Shown piece by piece: positions 1 through 13,632 of a DNA stretch of 64,000 bases. The notes under the pieces were generated by a model. It was not told where the DNA came from, ran no database searches, and worked only from the letters and a program-made list of their open reading frames with translations. Source of the stretch: Octopus sinensis (lineage: Eukaryota); contig NC_043001.1 in NCBI RefSeq assembly GCF_006345805.1, positions 126,170,001 through 126,234,000 on the forward strand, in the 5' to 3' direction. The position numbers were made by a program, and so were the translations under genes. Positions within the stretch are counted from its first letter, which is position 1. Each line of letters begins with the position of its first letter.

Positions 1-776
1 GACGACGATAACGAAGATGACGACGACGACGACAATGACGACGATGATGATGATAATGATGATTATTTCTAATCCAGCAAGTTCAGGAAAGTGGGTAAGT
101 CGATTGCATCAACCTCCCCAGTGCTCAACTGGTACTTATTTTATCGACTCTGAAAGGATGAAAGGTAAAGTCGACTTCGGCGGAGTTTGAACCCAGGACG
201 TAAAGACGGACGAAATGCTGCAAAACATTCTGCCCGGTTTGCTAACGATTCTGCCAGCTCACCGCCTGCCTTAGTCACTATGTAATATTGGTTTCAAATT
301 TTGGCACGAGGCCAGCAAATTCGGAGGAGGCGGGGTAAGTTTATTACATTAGCCCTAGTGCTCAACTAGTATTTATTTTATCAACCCCGAAAGAATGAAA
401 AGGTAAAGTCGACTTAAGCAGAATTCGAACCCGGAACGTAAAGACGGACGTAATGCCACAAAGCGTTTTGCTCTGACGTGCTAATGACTCTAAAGACAAC
501 TGAAAATAGAGGTGCGAAAAACTTAAAAAAAAAAAAAGGATAAAAACCGGATAACCAAGACACGCACATACGCACGCACACACAAACACTCACACACACA
601 CAAATACCCCTCAATCAGGAGCTTGTTCCGAAATCCGTCACTCACCGCATAAAATGTCACACAATAATCGATAGTTTTTCTCCACCACTACTCAACGACT
701 CAAATATATCAACGTTTTGTTCCCCTTTTTCTGTTGTCTTTTACTCCTTTCCAAGGAATTACTTTATTGATATAAT

Positions 777-815
<39 letters not shown>

Positions 816-2257
816 GACACAGGTGTAAAGAATATGAAATAAAACAGCCAAAATAGAGGGAAATGAAAAGGATTCGGTAAAATGAGTTGAAAGATTCGGG
901 TATCTTGACGTCATCGGGTACCTGTTAAACATCCGATCGGATATCTTCAAAAAAAAAAAAAAAAAAATCTACCGGTGTTCATGTTGTTTGTTGGTGAGAT
1001 AATATTGTTGCTGTTGTTCTTGTTCTTGTTGTTTGACTCAAGGTAGCTCTGACCGAGAAACGTCATGATGTAAGGTATTCTAACCGTGGCCATCTCGTCT
1101 TTTATTCAGATTTAGCGTATCTAACGATTATACACATAATGGTGATAGGGGATCTCCGTTGCTCAACGATGATGATTTGGTTGTTCGATGAGCGGTATTG
1201 CCTTCTCCTGAATTAGTAAGTGGCCGAGAGTCAGTACGATGGGAAAAATGCTGAGCGGCGTTTCGTTCATCTTTAAGTTCTGAGTTCAAATTCCGCCGAG
1301 GCCTTTCATCCTTTCAGAGTCGATAATATAAGTACCTATTTCTGTACTACCCACAAGGGGCTAAACACAGAGAGGATAAACAGGGACGCCAAACGGATTA
1401 AGTCGATTATATCGACCCCAGTATGTAACTGGTACTTAATTTATCGACCCCGAAAGGATGAAAGGCAAAGTCGACCTCGGCGGAATTTGAGCTCAGAACG
1501 TAACGGCAGACGAAATACCGCTAAGCATTCCGTCCGGCGTGCTAACGATTCTGCCAGCTCGCCGATAATATAAGTACCAGTTGAGCACTGGAGCCGATGT
1601 AATCGACTTACACCCTGTCCCGAACTTGCTGGTCTTGTGGCAAAATTTGAAACCTATATGCAAGTGGCTGAGTATTCTAGAGACATATCAATCCACAATG
1701 CAAGTCTTAGGCAGAATCAGCATGACATTGTGTGTAACAAGGTTGGCCCTTTTGTATTTCATGTACAATCCACTTGACAGAATTCAGTACAGCTATCTTC
1801 CATATACTTCCACTAACAAGGTATAGGCCGAGCCGAAGGTCTAGAAAAAACATTTTCTTCAAGATGCTACGCGATATGGTCGAACCCAACCCTCATGGCT
1901 ACTAAGCGAACTTCTTAACTATTCGGACATATTACATATAATACGAATATATTACAGAAAAAAACCCCCAAGCACTGGCGATTTTTTACGAGAGTAGGCC
2001 CCATGAGACATGGTTTATCATCTGGCGGGCAACACTACTAAAAAAATTCAAGGTCATTTTTCTTTAGGCGCGTTATTCAAAGAGTCCTACGGGCTGCAAG
2101 ATGCCCACAACTGGAAGAAACTTATATAGATTGCAGCCAACACTGTGTGTTTTACTTAAACGAAATGCCAGCAATCCATAGTGTACCTGGAAGACATTAT
2201 ATCAATATTCATCAAAAACGGGGCGGAGCTGAGAGGGTGACAAAAGAGGGTGGTTAA

Positions 2258-2565
2258 ATCTTTATATATAAAACTGAAGTTGTGTGTGTGAGAGTCTGTC
2301 TCCTCCGATTTAGATTCCTAACTACTCCCACATTTTGCGGTGCAGTTTAACCAAAACTGGGTATCTTACAGTCGTGATTCATATCGAGCCCTTCTGGGTA
2401 TTAGCGCGCGTCTACGATGAGTCTACGATTATAAAAAAATTTACCATCATTTTTTCGCATTTTTAATGCATTTTGCTCGGTTTATATAAGGGAAGTAACT
2501 CTCTAAAAATGCTTATATAGTTATTTCCCTTACAAACCCGAGCAACGTCGGGCGATACTGCTAGT
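2258..2565 (-). mobile_element. Helentron/DINE-1-like element, shorter copy
   Basis: Same termini as the 54.3-55.1 kb copies, lacking one internal subrepeat. Confidence 0.7.
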
Positions 2566-2878
2566 GTTTAATAAATTTAAGATGGTTTTTAAACTTGTCC
2601 AATAATATGTTGAAATAAGAGTTTTATGGATGCATACAAAACAGAATTTTCGTTTCTCATTAATGAAGAAAAGATATCTTTAAAAAAAACCATACTGTTT
2701 AAAAAAAACAGTATCGATCTCTTCTGCTGAACCGCTGGTTATGGGAACCTTGATACACCATCACTGGTTGTCAAGCAGTGGTGGGGGACATACATAGACA
2801 GAAAGACACACACAAGTTTACACATACACACACAAACAAACAAACACACGGACACACACAGAGACACACACACACACA

Positions 2879-2909
<31 letters not shown>

Positions 2910-3660
2910 CACGCATATACGGCGGGTTTCTTTCAGTTTCCGTCTACCAAATCCACTCAGAAGGCTTTGGCTGGCTAGGGACTATAGTAGAAGACACTTC
3001 AACTAAGGTGCCACGCAGTGGGTCTGAACCTGGAACCGTGTGATCGGAAAATAGGCTTCTAACCCTACAGCCATATTCACCTTTTCTATATTTTGACGGG
3101 CTTGCGATTGCTATTTGTCAGTATGAGAACTGCAACATTAAACAATATATGCCTCCCCGACTGTTTTTTTAAATTCTTTTCAAGGTAACAGAATGTGTTT
3201 TGAGAGAGATTTGGCTGCTGTTTCCAGCATATTGAGCGACCGCATAAACACATTCTCACTGGTTCTTTGCCAGTTGTCTACGACGATGTTTTAGAAACTT
3301 CCAGCCAGCCATATGGTAAACAGATTTTTGAAAGATATTCCAGCTGTAACCAATTTTTTTTTCAAGCATATCGTATAAAGAAGTACATTATCCAATGTGA
3401 CCTTACGTTTTCTAAGATGGCAGTGTATGGTTTAATGTAGATTTCTCGGGTCCGAGCAAAAAAAACTTGTTTTCTATTTCAAAATTTTGACAATATTGCA
3501 GTATTTTTCCTTTCCATTCTGTCCCTTCCTCACTATTCTTTTTTCTCACTCTACCTCCTACTCTTTCTCCTTATATACATACATACATACATACATACAT
3601 ACATACATACATACATACATACATACATACATACGTACGTATGTACATACATACATACAT

Positions 3661-3809
3661 TATGGCTGCCTCCTCGTTATCGAGTATGGCCATTGCACGA
3701 AGCTTAACTGTTACTGGTGTTGTGATCGAATGTGACTTTTTAGCCCAGCCAAAAGATCTACAATGTCTTGTACAAAATTGGCAACTAAAACCTTTACTGG
3801 TATAGCCAC
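3661..3809 (-). mobile_element. Shorter 3' end of the same RTE family
   Basis: KGFSCQFCTRHCRS...; highly similar to 41905-42050. Embedded in (TACA)n on both sides. Confidence 0.8.
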
Positions 3810-3860
3810 GTACATACATACATACATACATACTACATACATACATACATACATACATAT

Positions 3861-3918
<58 letters not shown>

Positions 3919-3962
3919 TATACATATACATATATATATATATATATTATATATATATAATA

Positions 3963-4381
3963 GCGCAGGAGTGGCTGTTTGGTAAGTAGCTTGCTAACCA
4001 ACCACATGGTTCCGGGTTCAGTCCCACTGCGTGGCATCTTGGGCAAGTGTCTTCTGCTATAGCCCCGGGCCGACCAATGCCTTGTGAGTGGATTTGGTAG
4101 ACGGAAACTGAAAGAAGCCTGTTGTATATATGTATATATATATAAGTGTGTGTGAATATGTTTGTGTGTCTGTGTTTGTTCCCCTAGCATTGCTTGACAA
4201 CCGATGCTGGTATGTTTACGTCCCCGTCACTTAGAGGTTCGGCAAAAGAGACCGATAGAATAAGTACTGGGCTTACAAAGAATAAGTCCCGGGGTCGATT
4301 TGCTCGACTAAAGGCGGTGCTCCAGCATGGCCGCAGTCAAATGACTGAAACAAGTAAAAAGAGTAAAAAGAGAAAAAGAGA
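3963..4381 (+). mobile_element. Full-length tRNA-derived CORE-type SINE (SINE-B)
   Basis: A box TGGCTGTTTGG, B box GGTTCAGTCCC, CORE-like TTGGGCAAGTGTCTT, internal TA/TG tract, tail ...GGCCGCAGTCAAATGACTGAAACAAGT(AAAAGAGT)n. Other copies at ~1760-1920, 2720-3075, 5990-6410, 11607-11715, 12840-13030, 27535-27840, 32795-33210, 43485-43890, 51095-51415, 55605-55990, 61375-61860, 62042-62444 and 63285-63695. Confidence 0.9.
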
Positions 4382-4412
4382 ATATATATATTATATATAT
4401 ATATACATACAT

Positions 4413-5050
4413 ACAGGGTCGCCATAAAGTCACGCACCATCCTGCAATATGTGAAATTGCTAACATTCTCTTTTTTTTTTATCTCTTTTCCCAACTGTCG
4501 ATTATTTCTCACAAACTAATCCTCAAAGGATGGAAGCAGATAATCAACAAGATGGGGGCAAGGTAATGGTGTGGTGTGGGATTTAGCACAATCAAATGAC
4601 TGGACTATTTTATGTTGAGAGCTCTGTGACAGGTGATTCATATCTGAATATACTTGGCAACAAGATGATGCTTCACAAGCATTCACTTGGAAGGGAAAAT
4701 CCCGTCTGGTTTCAGCAGGATGGCGCTCCGCTCCATCATACATTACAGGTTCGTGATTTTCTAAATGAACATTTCCCCGGGAGAAGGCTCGGGTGCCGCG
4801 GGCCAGTTGAATGAGCACCACGGTCACACCAGATTTAACTCACCTGGACTCTTTCTTCTGGGGCTGCATTAAATCCCTTGTGTATCCTGAATAGACGCGT
4901 GACCAAGGACATCTTCTTCAAAGAATTGTTGAAGCGTGAGAACAAGTCAACGGCAATGGAGAGCTATTTGAGAGGGTTCATTGCAATTTCAAATTCCGTA
5001 TGAACACTTGTACATGGCCAACGCTTTCAACATTTGTAATGGATTACCTA
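4413..5050 (+). mobile_element. Internally deleted Tc1/mariner-superfamily transposase remnant, DD41D (rosa-type) spacing
   Basis: Starts TA|CAGGGTC. Translation gives KVMVWCGI, WFQQDGAPLH and, after removing a 2-bp insertion, (W)APRSPDLTHLDSFFWGCIKSLVY, with 41 residues between the Asp residues. No right TIR found. Confidence 0.8.
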
Positions 5051-5069
5051 CTCAATTGCTAATAAAACA

Positions 5070-5257
5070 TACTTAATAACTCCCATGGCATTTTCCCTCC
5101 GCCTACCACACATCTCATCCTGCAACAGCCTGCCGAACCAGATATAACATCTTAATGGGTAACAGTTGGCACGGGGAACGTAGAAAATTTCAATACAAGG
5201 TCAGAGGTGGACTTAGCTTCAACACGTAAAACACGAGCAACGCCGGGTCAGCAGCTA

Positions 5258-5260
<3 letters not shown>
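5070..5260 (-). mobile_element. Related Helentron-like 5' terminus
   Basis: Minus strand begins ACTAGCTGCTGACCCGGCGTTGCTCG. The extent of the body is uncertain. Confidence 0.45.
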
Positions 5261-5315
<55 letters not shown>

Positions 5316-5345
5316 TTGTGTGTTGTGTGTGTGTGTGTGTGTGTA

Positions 5346-5395
<50 letters not shown>

Positions 5396-5443
5396 GTATG
5401 TATGTGTGTCTGTATGTATATATATATATATATACATATAAGT

Positions 5444-5705
5444 GGGGGCGCATGGCTCAGTGGTTTAAGCATCAGGCTTACAATCGGTGAGAATTCTTGA
5501 GCAAGACACTTTATTTCACGTTACTCCACTACACTCAGCTGTAGAAATGAGTTGCGATGTCACTGGTACCAAGCTGTATCGGCCTTTGCCTTTCTGATGG
5601 ATAGCATCGGCGGCTTGAAGAGAGGAGGTTGGTTTGCATGGGTGACAGCTGGTCTTCCACAAACAACCTTGCCAGGTCTTGTGCCATGGAAGGGAAATTT
5701 CTTGT
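5444..5705 (+). mobile_element. SINE-D (tRNA head plus TTGAGCAAGACACTT core). Related minus-strand copy at ~10975-11150
   Basis: GGGGGCGCATGGCTCAGTGG head and CTTGAGCAAGACACTTTATTTCACGTT...CACTCAGCTG core. Confidence 0.6.
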
Positions 5706-6781
5706 GCTACGGAGGGGAATCGTAACCCTTTATATATAGGGTGTTTTGTGTGTATAAATAGATGTACGGCTGCTACTGTTAAGAGCTCAATATTGGTAAT
5801 CATCGTCTGGTGTGCTTCCAGTATAATGGTTAAGCAACTACTCTACTTTGTTGTATTACTGATTATGATATACCGAGCAAATGTAAGAGAAATTACGATA
5901 AACCTAAGTTTATATCACGTGTTCCCTACATACGTTTCGCCGTTGTGGTTGTCTGGAGCTCTGCATTGGATGTCATTTATATATGTATATAGGCGCAGGT
6001 GTAGCTGTGAGGTCAGAAGCTTGCTTACCAACCACATGGTTCCGGGTTCAGTCCCACTGCGTAGCACCTTGGGTAAGTGTTTTCTACTATAACATCGGGC
6101 CGACCAAAGCTTTCTGAGTGCATTTGGTAGATGGAAACTGAAGGAAGCACGTCGTATATATATATATGCATATATATTTACGCGTGTGTCTTTGTTCCTG
6201 AGTTTGCCCCCCCCCCGCCCACCGCTTGAACAACCGATGTTGGTGTGTTTATGTTCCCGTACCTTAGTGGTTCAGCAAAAGAGGCCAATAGAATAAGTGC
6301 TAGGCCTACAAAGAATAAATCATGGGGACGATTTTTTCGACTAAAACCCTATAAGGTGGTGCTCCAGCATGGCTGCAGTCAAATGATTAAAACATGTAAA
6401 AGGAGAAAAGAATATATATATATTTACATACATATATTGATATAAATGTGTGTGAATGTACAGATACAAGCGCGCGCGTGTGTTTCTGTATAAATATATA
6501 CACCACCATAACAATCAACAGAAGCAAGACCATAATCTCACAACCACCAACATTGCAACCATTATTATTACTACTAGGCGAGGAGCTGGCAGAAACGTTA
6601 GCACGCCGGGCGAAATGCTTAGCGGTAGTTCGTCCGCCGTTACGTTGTGAGTTCAAATTCCGCCATGGTCGACTTTGCCTTTCATCCTTTCGGGGTCGAT
6701 TAAGTAAGTACCAGTTACGCACTGGGGTCGATATAATCGACCTAATCCGTTTGTTTGTCATAGTTTGTCCTCTCTGTGTGT

Positions 6782-6881
6782 NNNNNNNNNNNNNNNNNNN
6801 NNNNNNNNNNNNNNNNNNNNNNNNNNNNNNNNNNNNNNNNNNNNNNNNNNNNNNNNNNNNNNNNNNNNNNNNNNNNNNNNN
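6782..6881. other. Assembly gap (100 N)
   Basis: A run of exactly 100 N, the usual placeholder for a gap of unknown size. Confidence 0.99.
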
Positions 6882-6922
6882 GATTGTAGTAGTAGTAGTA
6901 GTAGTAGTAGTAATAACAATAA

Positions 6923-6958
<36 letters not shown>

Positions 6959-7636
6959 CAGTAGTAGTGATGGTGGTTGTGGTGAGGCGGTAGCGGAGGT
7001 GGTATTATTGTCAACGAATTTAGTGGTGATAATGTTTACGGTGGGAGTGGTTGTGGTGGTGGTGGTGGTGGTGGTGGTGGTGGTGGTGGTAGTAGTAGTA
7101 ATAGTAGTAGTAGTAGTAGTAGTAGTGTGGTGGTGGTAGTGGTGATGTTTGTGGCGGTTATTACTGGTCGGTTTCCATAGGTGATGGTATTCTTACAAAA
7201 CAATCAGATGGAAGGTCTAGGAGAGGGCGTTGCTTTACTCAAATTTTCCCTCCCTCTAGGAAAATACGTACATGCATATATATATATATATTATATATAT
7301 ATTATATATATATATATGTAATTATATATATATATATATATCTATATATATAGATATATATATATATGCATATATATATATATATATATATGCATATATA
7401 TAATATATATTTACCACTCACACACTCACACACATATATATGTATGTATATGTATATAAGTACATACATCTGTATGTATATATGTGTGTTTGTTTATGTG
7501 TCTGTACACGTATAAGAGTATATGTGCGTGCGTGCGTGTATTTGTGTGCGCGCACGAGTAGACGTAAGCGTGTGATTAAGTGCTTATGTGTGTGTGTGTG
7601 TGTGGGCATGCGCGTATAAGTGTGTGTGTGTCTGTG

Positions 7637-7669
<33 letters not shown>

Positions 7670-8039
7670 TTGTTGTGTGTGTGTGTACGATTATGAGATG
7701 GAGATGATGGTGATGAATATGAATTTGATAGGATGATCTGTTTGATGATATGGTGTGGCAGGAGGTGAGACGATGTGGGACAAGGCGAGGAAAGGCGAGA
7801 ACGATGCGAGACGAGACGCCGGATCAAGGTGATACACTGTAAAACCTATTTGATTTTTGTTTTCCTATTCTTTCGCACTTTTTTTTTGTTGTTTTTGTTT
7901 TTTTCCACTGCGAAAACCAATAACAACTCACAAAAGACAGTTACACCTATGGAGACAAGCAGTAACAACAACTACAACAACAAAAGTATATAAGCCAAGT
8001 ATATAATTGTAGAGGTCATTGCGGCTACTGCTGTTTGCT

Positions 8040-8053
8040 GTTGATGATGATGA

Positions 8054-8117
<64 letters not shown>

Positions 8118-8298
8118 GGTGGTGGTGTGATGATGATGATGATGATGAGGAGGAGGATGATGATTATGATGATGATGATGATGATGGTGGTGATGATGAT
8201 GATGATGATGATGATGATGGTTAGTGGTGGTGATGATGATGATGATGATGATGATGGTGGTGATGATGATGATGATGATGATGATGTGGTAGTGGTGG

Positions 8299-8330
<32 letters not shown>

Positions 8331-8460
8331 CTGATGGTGAAGATGATGATTGAAGATAATGATGAGGAGGAGGAGGAGGAGGAAGATGCCGACGACGACG
8401 ACGACGGTGGTGGTGGTGGTGTTGGTGGTGGTGGTGTTGGTGGGGGTGGTGGTGATGATG
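8040..8460. repeat. Compound (GAT)n/(GGT)n microsatellite
   Basis: Directly visible trinucleotide tracts. Confidence 0.95.
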
Positions 8461-8610
8461 TTATTTTGCTTGCTATTGTGGTGTTGTGTGTTGTATGATT
8501 AGCCCAAGCTCACCTTTGATTCAACAAACATGCGATGCCCAAAGTACCCAGGTATTCCAGCCATGACCATCCTCTCTGTCCAATGTGTCCTCTCTTACTT
8601 ACTCTTTACG

Positions 8611-8674
<64 letters not shown>

Positions 8675-8683
8675 GTATATAAA

Positions 8684-8870
8684 GTTAATCCAAACAAGAA
8701 AGCACAAAAAAACACAACAACGCGAGGACGTGGAACAAATATAGTATTATTGGACGCTCAGGAAAGAAGGAGAGTTTAACGTTTCGAGCGGAGCTCTTCG
8801 TCGGAAACATAGGAAAAGGAAAGATCCAGAGAAGGGAAGACAGAGGGAAAAAAATCGCCAACGGTACACA
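8684..8870 (-). mobile_element. PLE-like terminal repeat, family 1, with hammerhead-like motif at 8774-8808
   Basis: Near-identical ~190-bp repeat also at 46237-46428 and 47666-47880. Abuts (TA)n. Motif GTTT-CCGACGA-A-GAGC-TCC-GCTC-GAAACGTT-AAAC. Confidence 0.72.
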
Positions 8871-8879
8871 TATATATAC

Positions 8880-9178
8880 TGGGCACTCTATTCCAGTTTC
8901 CCTTATATTCCACTTGATGCCTTCTGATACTGTTCCCAAAGACCCAACAATAATTGGCACTATCTTCACCTTCTTCATTTTCCATAGCCGGGCTATTTCG
9001 TACTTAAGAGGGTTGTATCTATCAATCGTTTCGACTTCCTTCTTGACTATTCGTGTGGCAGAGGGGCATGCAACAGCAACTATATAGCATATGCGGTTCA
9101 CCTTGTCCACCACCACTAGGCCCGGTCTGTTAAGCTCTAGCACCTGATCTGTTTGGATTGGGAAATCCCAGAGGATCA
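8880..9178 (-). mobile_element. Second, divergent R4/Dong-like RLE fragment
   Basis: Reads ILWDFPIQTDQVLELNRPGLVVVDKVNRICYIVAVACP...RYNPLKYEIARLWKMKKVKIVPIIVGSLG. Same orientation as the upstream copy, directly after the (TAA)n tract. Its 3' end is replaced by a PLE-like terminus. Confidence 0.88.
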
Positions 9179-9226
9179 TCACTATTACTATTATCACTAT
9201 TCTCATTATTATCATCACTATTATTA

Positions 9227-9262
<36 letters not shown>

Positions 9263-9264
9263 TA

Positions 9265-9296
<32 letters not shown>

Positions 9297-9297
9297 T

Positions 9298-10033
9298 ATG
9301 TTTGACTTTTGCTTTATATTTGTACAAGTTGGCTCCAAGTCTCACCCAGAGACCTCAAGAGACACAGGGTTGGAAGTTCATGTTGTTGTTATGCTAGTGT
9401 GCCATATATTGGGGTGGGGGTGGGGATGTTGTACTAATGAATGTCTAAAAAAAAAAAAAGTTTTTTTTTTTTTTTTTTTTTTTAAACCGAAAAATTATGG
9501 TTGTTTTAAACCTTGAGGTTACATAGAGAGTATTTTGCGTAGGATATGAGCAGTTCCCATGAGCACTATCTTTTGAACTTCTGCCATTTTTGGGTTTCCT
9601 GGTATCTGAGTTAGGTAGCTAATCAGCCCTTTTGCTATCATTCCAGGGCACCTATGACAACAGGTATTGTTTTAGTCTTCAGCTTCCACATTTTGCTGAT
9701 TTCTATTCAAGATCTTTATATTTGCTCAGTTTTTGGTAGGTCCTGACAGATACGTTTATATCGATTGGGACAGTCATATCAATGAGGAGGCATGTTCTTT
9801 GTTTGAAGTCTTTCAATATGATGTCTGGCCTATTTGCATCTATCTTCCTGTCAGTTTGAATGGTGAAGTTCCAGAGGAGTGAGATGTGGTCATTTTCAAG
9901 CACTGGGGGTGGTTTGTGTTCCCACCAGTTTTTTCATGGGACAAATCCAGGTTTTTACAGATTACCCAGTGAATATATTGTGCAGCTCATCGTGCCTGTT
10001 GAGATATTGTGCAGCTCGATCGTGCCTGTTGAG
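9298..10033 (-). mobile_element. 5'-truncated R4/Dong-like non-LTR retrotransposon: RLE endonuclease domain, stop at 9519-9521, 3'UTR, then (TAA)n
   Basis: With frameshifts corrected, reads YLNRHDRAAQYIHWVICK...LLWNFTIQTDRKIDANRPDIILKDFKQRTCLLIDMTVP...KLSKYKDLE...IPVVIGALG. These are the RHD and PD..D..K motifs of restriction-like endonucleases. Flanked on both sides by (TAA)n. Confidence 0.9.
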
Positions 10034-10034
10034 A

Positions 10035-10035
<1 letters not shown>

Positions 10036-10069
<34 letters not shown>

Positions 10070-10084
10070 TATTATTATCATCAC

Positions 10085-10122
<38 letters not shown>

Positions 10123-10140
10123 TATTATTATTATTATTAC

Positions 10141-10185
<45 letters not shown>

Positions 10186-10203
10186 CATTATTATTATTAT
10201 CAC

Positions 10204-10260
<57 letters not shown>

Positions 10261-10311
10261 CATCACTATTATTATTATTATTATCACTATTGTTATTATC
10301 ACTATTATTAT

Positions 10312-10342
<31 letters not shown>

Positions 10343-10343
10343 G

Positions 10344-10407
<64 letters not shown>

Positions 10408-10487
10408 TATTTTATTATTGTCATTATTATTGTTATCATTATTATTATTACCACTATTTTTATTATTATCATCACTATTATTATCAC

Positions 10488-10544
<57 letters not shown>

Positions 10545-10562
10545 CATCATTATTATTATTAT
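10036..10562. repeat. (TAT)n/(TAA)n microsatellite
   Basis: About 525 bp of interrupted TAT. A similar (AAT)n tract lies at 37667-38210. Confidence 0.97.
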
Positions 10563-11949
10563 TGTACCAAAATTTGAAAAATTGATCGTGTTGTTGCTTT
10601 TGTTACAGCTACTGCTGCTGCTGCTGCTGCTGCTTTCGTCGACATCATTTCTCACAAGAAAATATTTTCCAAGTTACTCAAGATTTCTCGGTGTATCTGA
10701 TTTTTCATGTCTTTGACTTAGTGTTTGGGATTTCCCCGATATTAAGTACTTGGGCCGGTGCGCGGCGAAGTGGTAGATATTTATACCACGTGTTAGTTAA
10801 TAAACAGCAATAATTATCTTTTTATTTGCCACCCTTGTAAGAAATTCCAACACATTTTATGCATAGAACATCATGAAGCAGCAAAAAGTAAAGTAAATTC
10901 CTTGGCTATTACTATCTCCGAGACCCAGGACTCAAAGGGCAGGTTGACCGGGTTTTCTACCCTGTAAGTGATTGAGATCACTCCACTCCTCCTGAATGGG
11001 ACGCCAGTCCGTCGCAGGGTTATTCATTTATAACCAGATGGACTTGAGCAACCTGAAATGAAATGTTTTGCTCAAGAACAAAACGCACCACCCGATCCTG
11101 GAATCGAAACCATAATCTTGCGTTGCAGCACCTAAACTACTAGGTCACAAACATTCACGTTGGAAATCACTTTAACTAAGACTGTGGACACATTTCTTCT
11201 ATGCTTTTAATGTGCAGGAAAAAAAAAAGAGTGGCGGAGAATTTCCAGACAGACCATCGCACGCTTTGCTGACCGTCCCTCAGAGAAAACACACAAAATT
11301 TTTTCTCCCTAATGAATAACTCAGAAAATTTAGCTATTTTAAGAAGTTGTCATAAATTAGAATATCACCGTAGTATATAGTTCAATTTTTATATTTGTGC
11401 TTTAAGCAATATTACCATACAGTTATAAGGAAGGTAATCAATTATGGAATGCAAATAATCTTGCTCAGTGAAGGACACAGCATTGAAGCAACAGATTTCT
11501 CTTTCCCTTTACGACAAGCTAGCTGATAGAAAAATCAAATATCTATAGTATCAAAAGTCAGAAATATAGCATAGTAATTTAGCGTTAATATATTTAATAT
11601 ATATTAAGGAGTGGCTGTGTGGTAAGTAGCTTGTTTACCAACTACATGATTCCGGGTTCAGTCCCACTGCGTGGCACCTTAGGCAAGTGTCTTCTACTAT
11701 AGCCTCGGGCCGACGCTTGTCTAGCATGATAAAGACTTAAAATGTAAATAAGTATTTTGTAGTTGCATCAACAATGACAAGGACCAGCAAGAATTTCTGT
11801 CGATAAGCAAACTTTCACACTGCCAGAAAGGCAAATGCCTAGAGATAAGCATCATTTACCATGCTGATATTTCTTTTCACAGTACTTCAATATACCACAC
11901 AAAGCTGGAACGGAGGTCAATCCATCGCATGAATACTCATTTTTGCCAA

Positions 11950-12355
11950 CCCAGAGGAATTGGGTTGGTCTTGTAGGTAGAGTCTTAAGGACTTCCTGTA
12001 TATGGTTCAATCAGAAACAACAATCATTAATCTTTCTGGCTGGGTCCCCAAGCATGACCAGCTGAGACTATGGATAGTATCCATCCATCCATCTAGTTCT
12101 AAGGCTACCTCTAGGTTTCCTGCCGGTTGGCTCAGTTTGGAGAATCCGTCTTGCAGTTCTTTTCTGCTCATTTTAATCACATGTCTGTCGTACCGGAGCT
12201 ATGACCTCACCATGCGTAAAAGTAGCAGTTACCTGGAGAGACTCCCTCATCTCCGCCCTAAAGATAAGTGAGTTTGCCGAAAACACGGCATTTATTTCTT
12301 CTTGTAATATACTCTCTATCACTGACATCCCTTCGTTGTCCTTTGAATTCTATCA
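11950..12355 (-). pseudogene. RTE/RTEX-like LINE C-terminal fragment
   Basis: LRYDRHVIKM...TARRILQTEPTGRKPRGSLRTRW resembles the RTE LRW.GHV.RM...GRRPRGRP..RW motif. Confidence 0.7.
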
Positions 12356-12658
12356 ATGCATGCATACATACATACATACATACATACATACATACATACA
12401 TACATACATACATACATACATAAATACATACATACATACATACATACATACACGCATACATACATACATACATACATGCATGCATGCATACATACATACA
12501 TGCATACATACACACATGCATACATACATACATACATACATACATACATACATACATACATACATACACACATACATGGGGATTGTTCCATTTTCACTGA
12601 TTAATAAATGCAAAACAAGAGCTTTTACGCAAAAAAACACAGCAATAAAAGATAGATT

Positions 12659-12696
<38 letters not shown>

Positions 12697-13445
12697 ATTA
12701 AATTAGAGACAATAAATTGAATTCAATCCTAAATCTGATTTTTCCCTGTAAGTTTGGATTTATTCCCTAATATTTATTATTATTATTATTATTTATATAT
12801 ATATATATAATATATATATATGTATATATATATACAGACACACACACATGCACACGCACGCACACACACGACGAGCTTCTTTCAGTTTCCATCTACCAAA
12901 TCCTCTCACAAGGCTTTGGTCGGTCCGAGGCTATAGTAAAAGACATTTACCAAAGGTGCCACGCAATTAGACTGAGCACGAAGCCATGTGGTTGAGAAGC
13001 AAGCTTCTTACCACACACCCACGCCTGCGCCAATATATATATAAATTTTGAAGGCGGTGAGCAGGCAGAAACGTTAGCACGCCGGGCGAAATGCGTCGCC
13101 GTATTTCGTCCGCCGTTACGTTCTGAGTTCAAATTCCGCCGAGGTCGACTTTGCCTTTCATCCTTTCGGGGTCGATAAATAAAGTACCAGTTACTCACTG
13201 GGGTCGGTGTAATCGACTTAATCCCTTTGTCATTCCTTGTTTGTCCCCTCTATGTTTAGCCCTTTGTGGGCAGTAAAGAAATAAATATATATATATAAAA
13301 CATACACACACACACACATATATACATGATATATATGTCTATGTATGTGTATGTGGACGTAATATTATATTTATATACAAACACACACACACACATATAT
13401 TATATATAGACATATATATACATACATTATATATATATATTATTA

Positions 13446-13506
<61 letters not shown>

Positions 13507-13598
13507 TACACATACATACATTACATACACATACATACATACATACATTCATACATATATACATACTGTAACGAAAACTAGTTTTCCCTTCCCCGGTG

Positions 13599-13632
<34 letters not shown>

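Noticed and set aside
6448-6993. 181-aa ORF
   Set aside because: It reads through a SINE-A copy, the 100-N gap and a GTA repeat, so it is an artefact.
9860-10585. Long ORFs of 232-241 aa, and the many IYIY/YVCM/HTHT/poly-L ORFs throughout the window
   Set aside because: They are translations of TAT, TA, TATG and CA microsatellites that lack stops in some frames, and show no coding signal.
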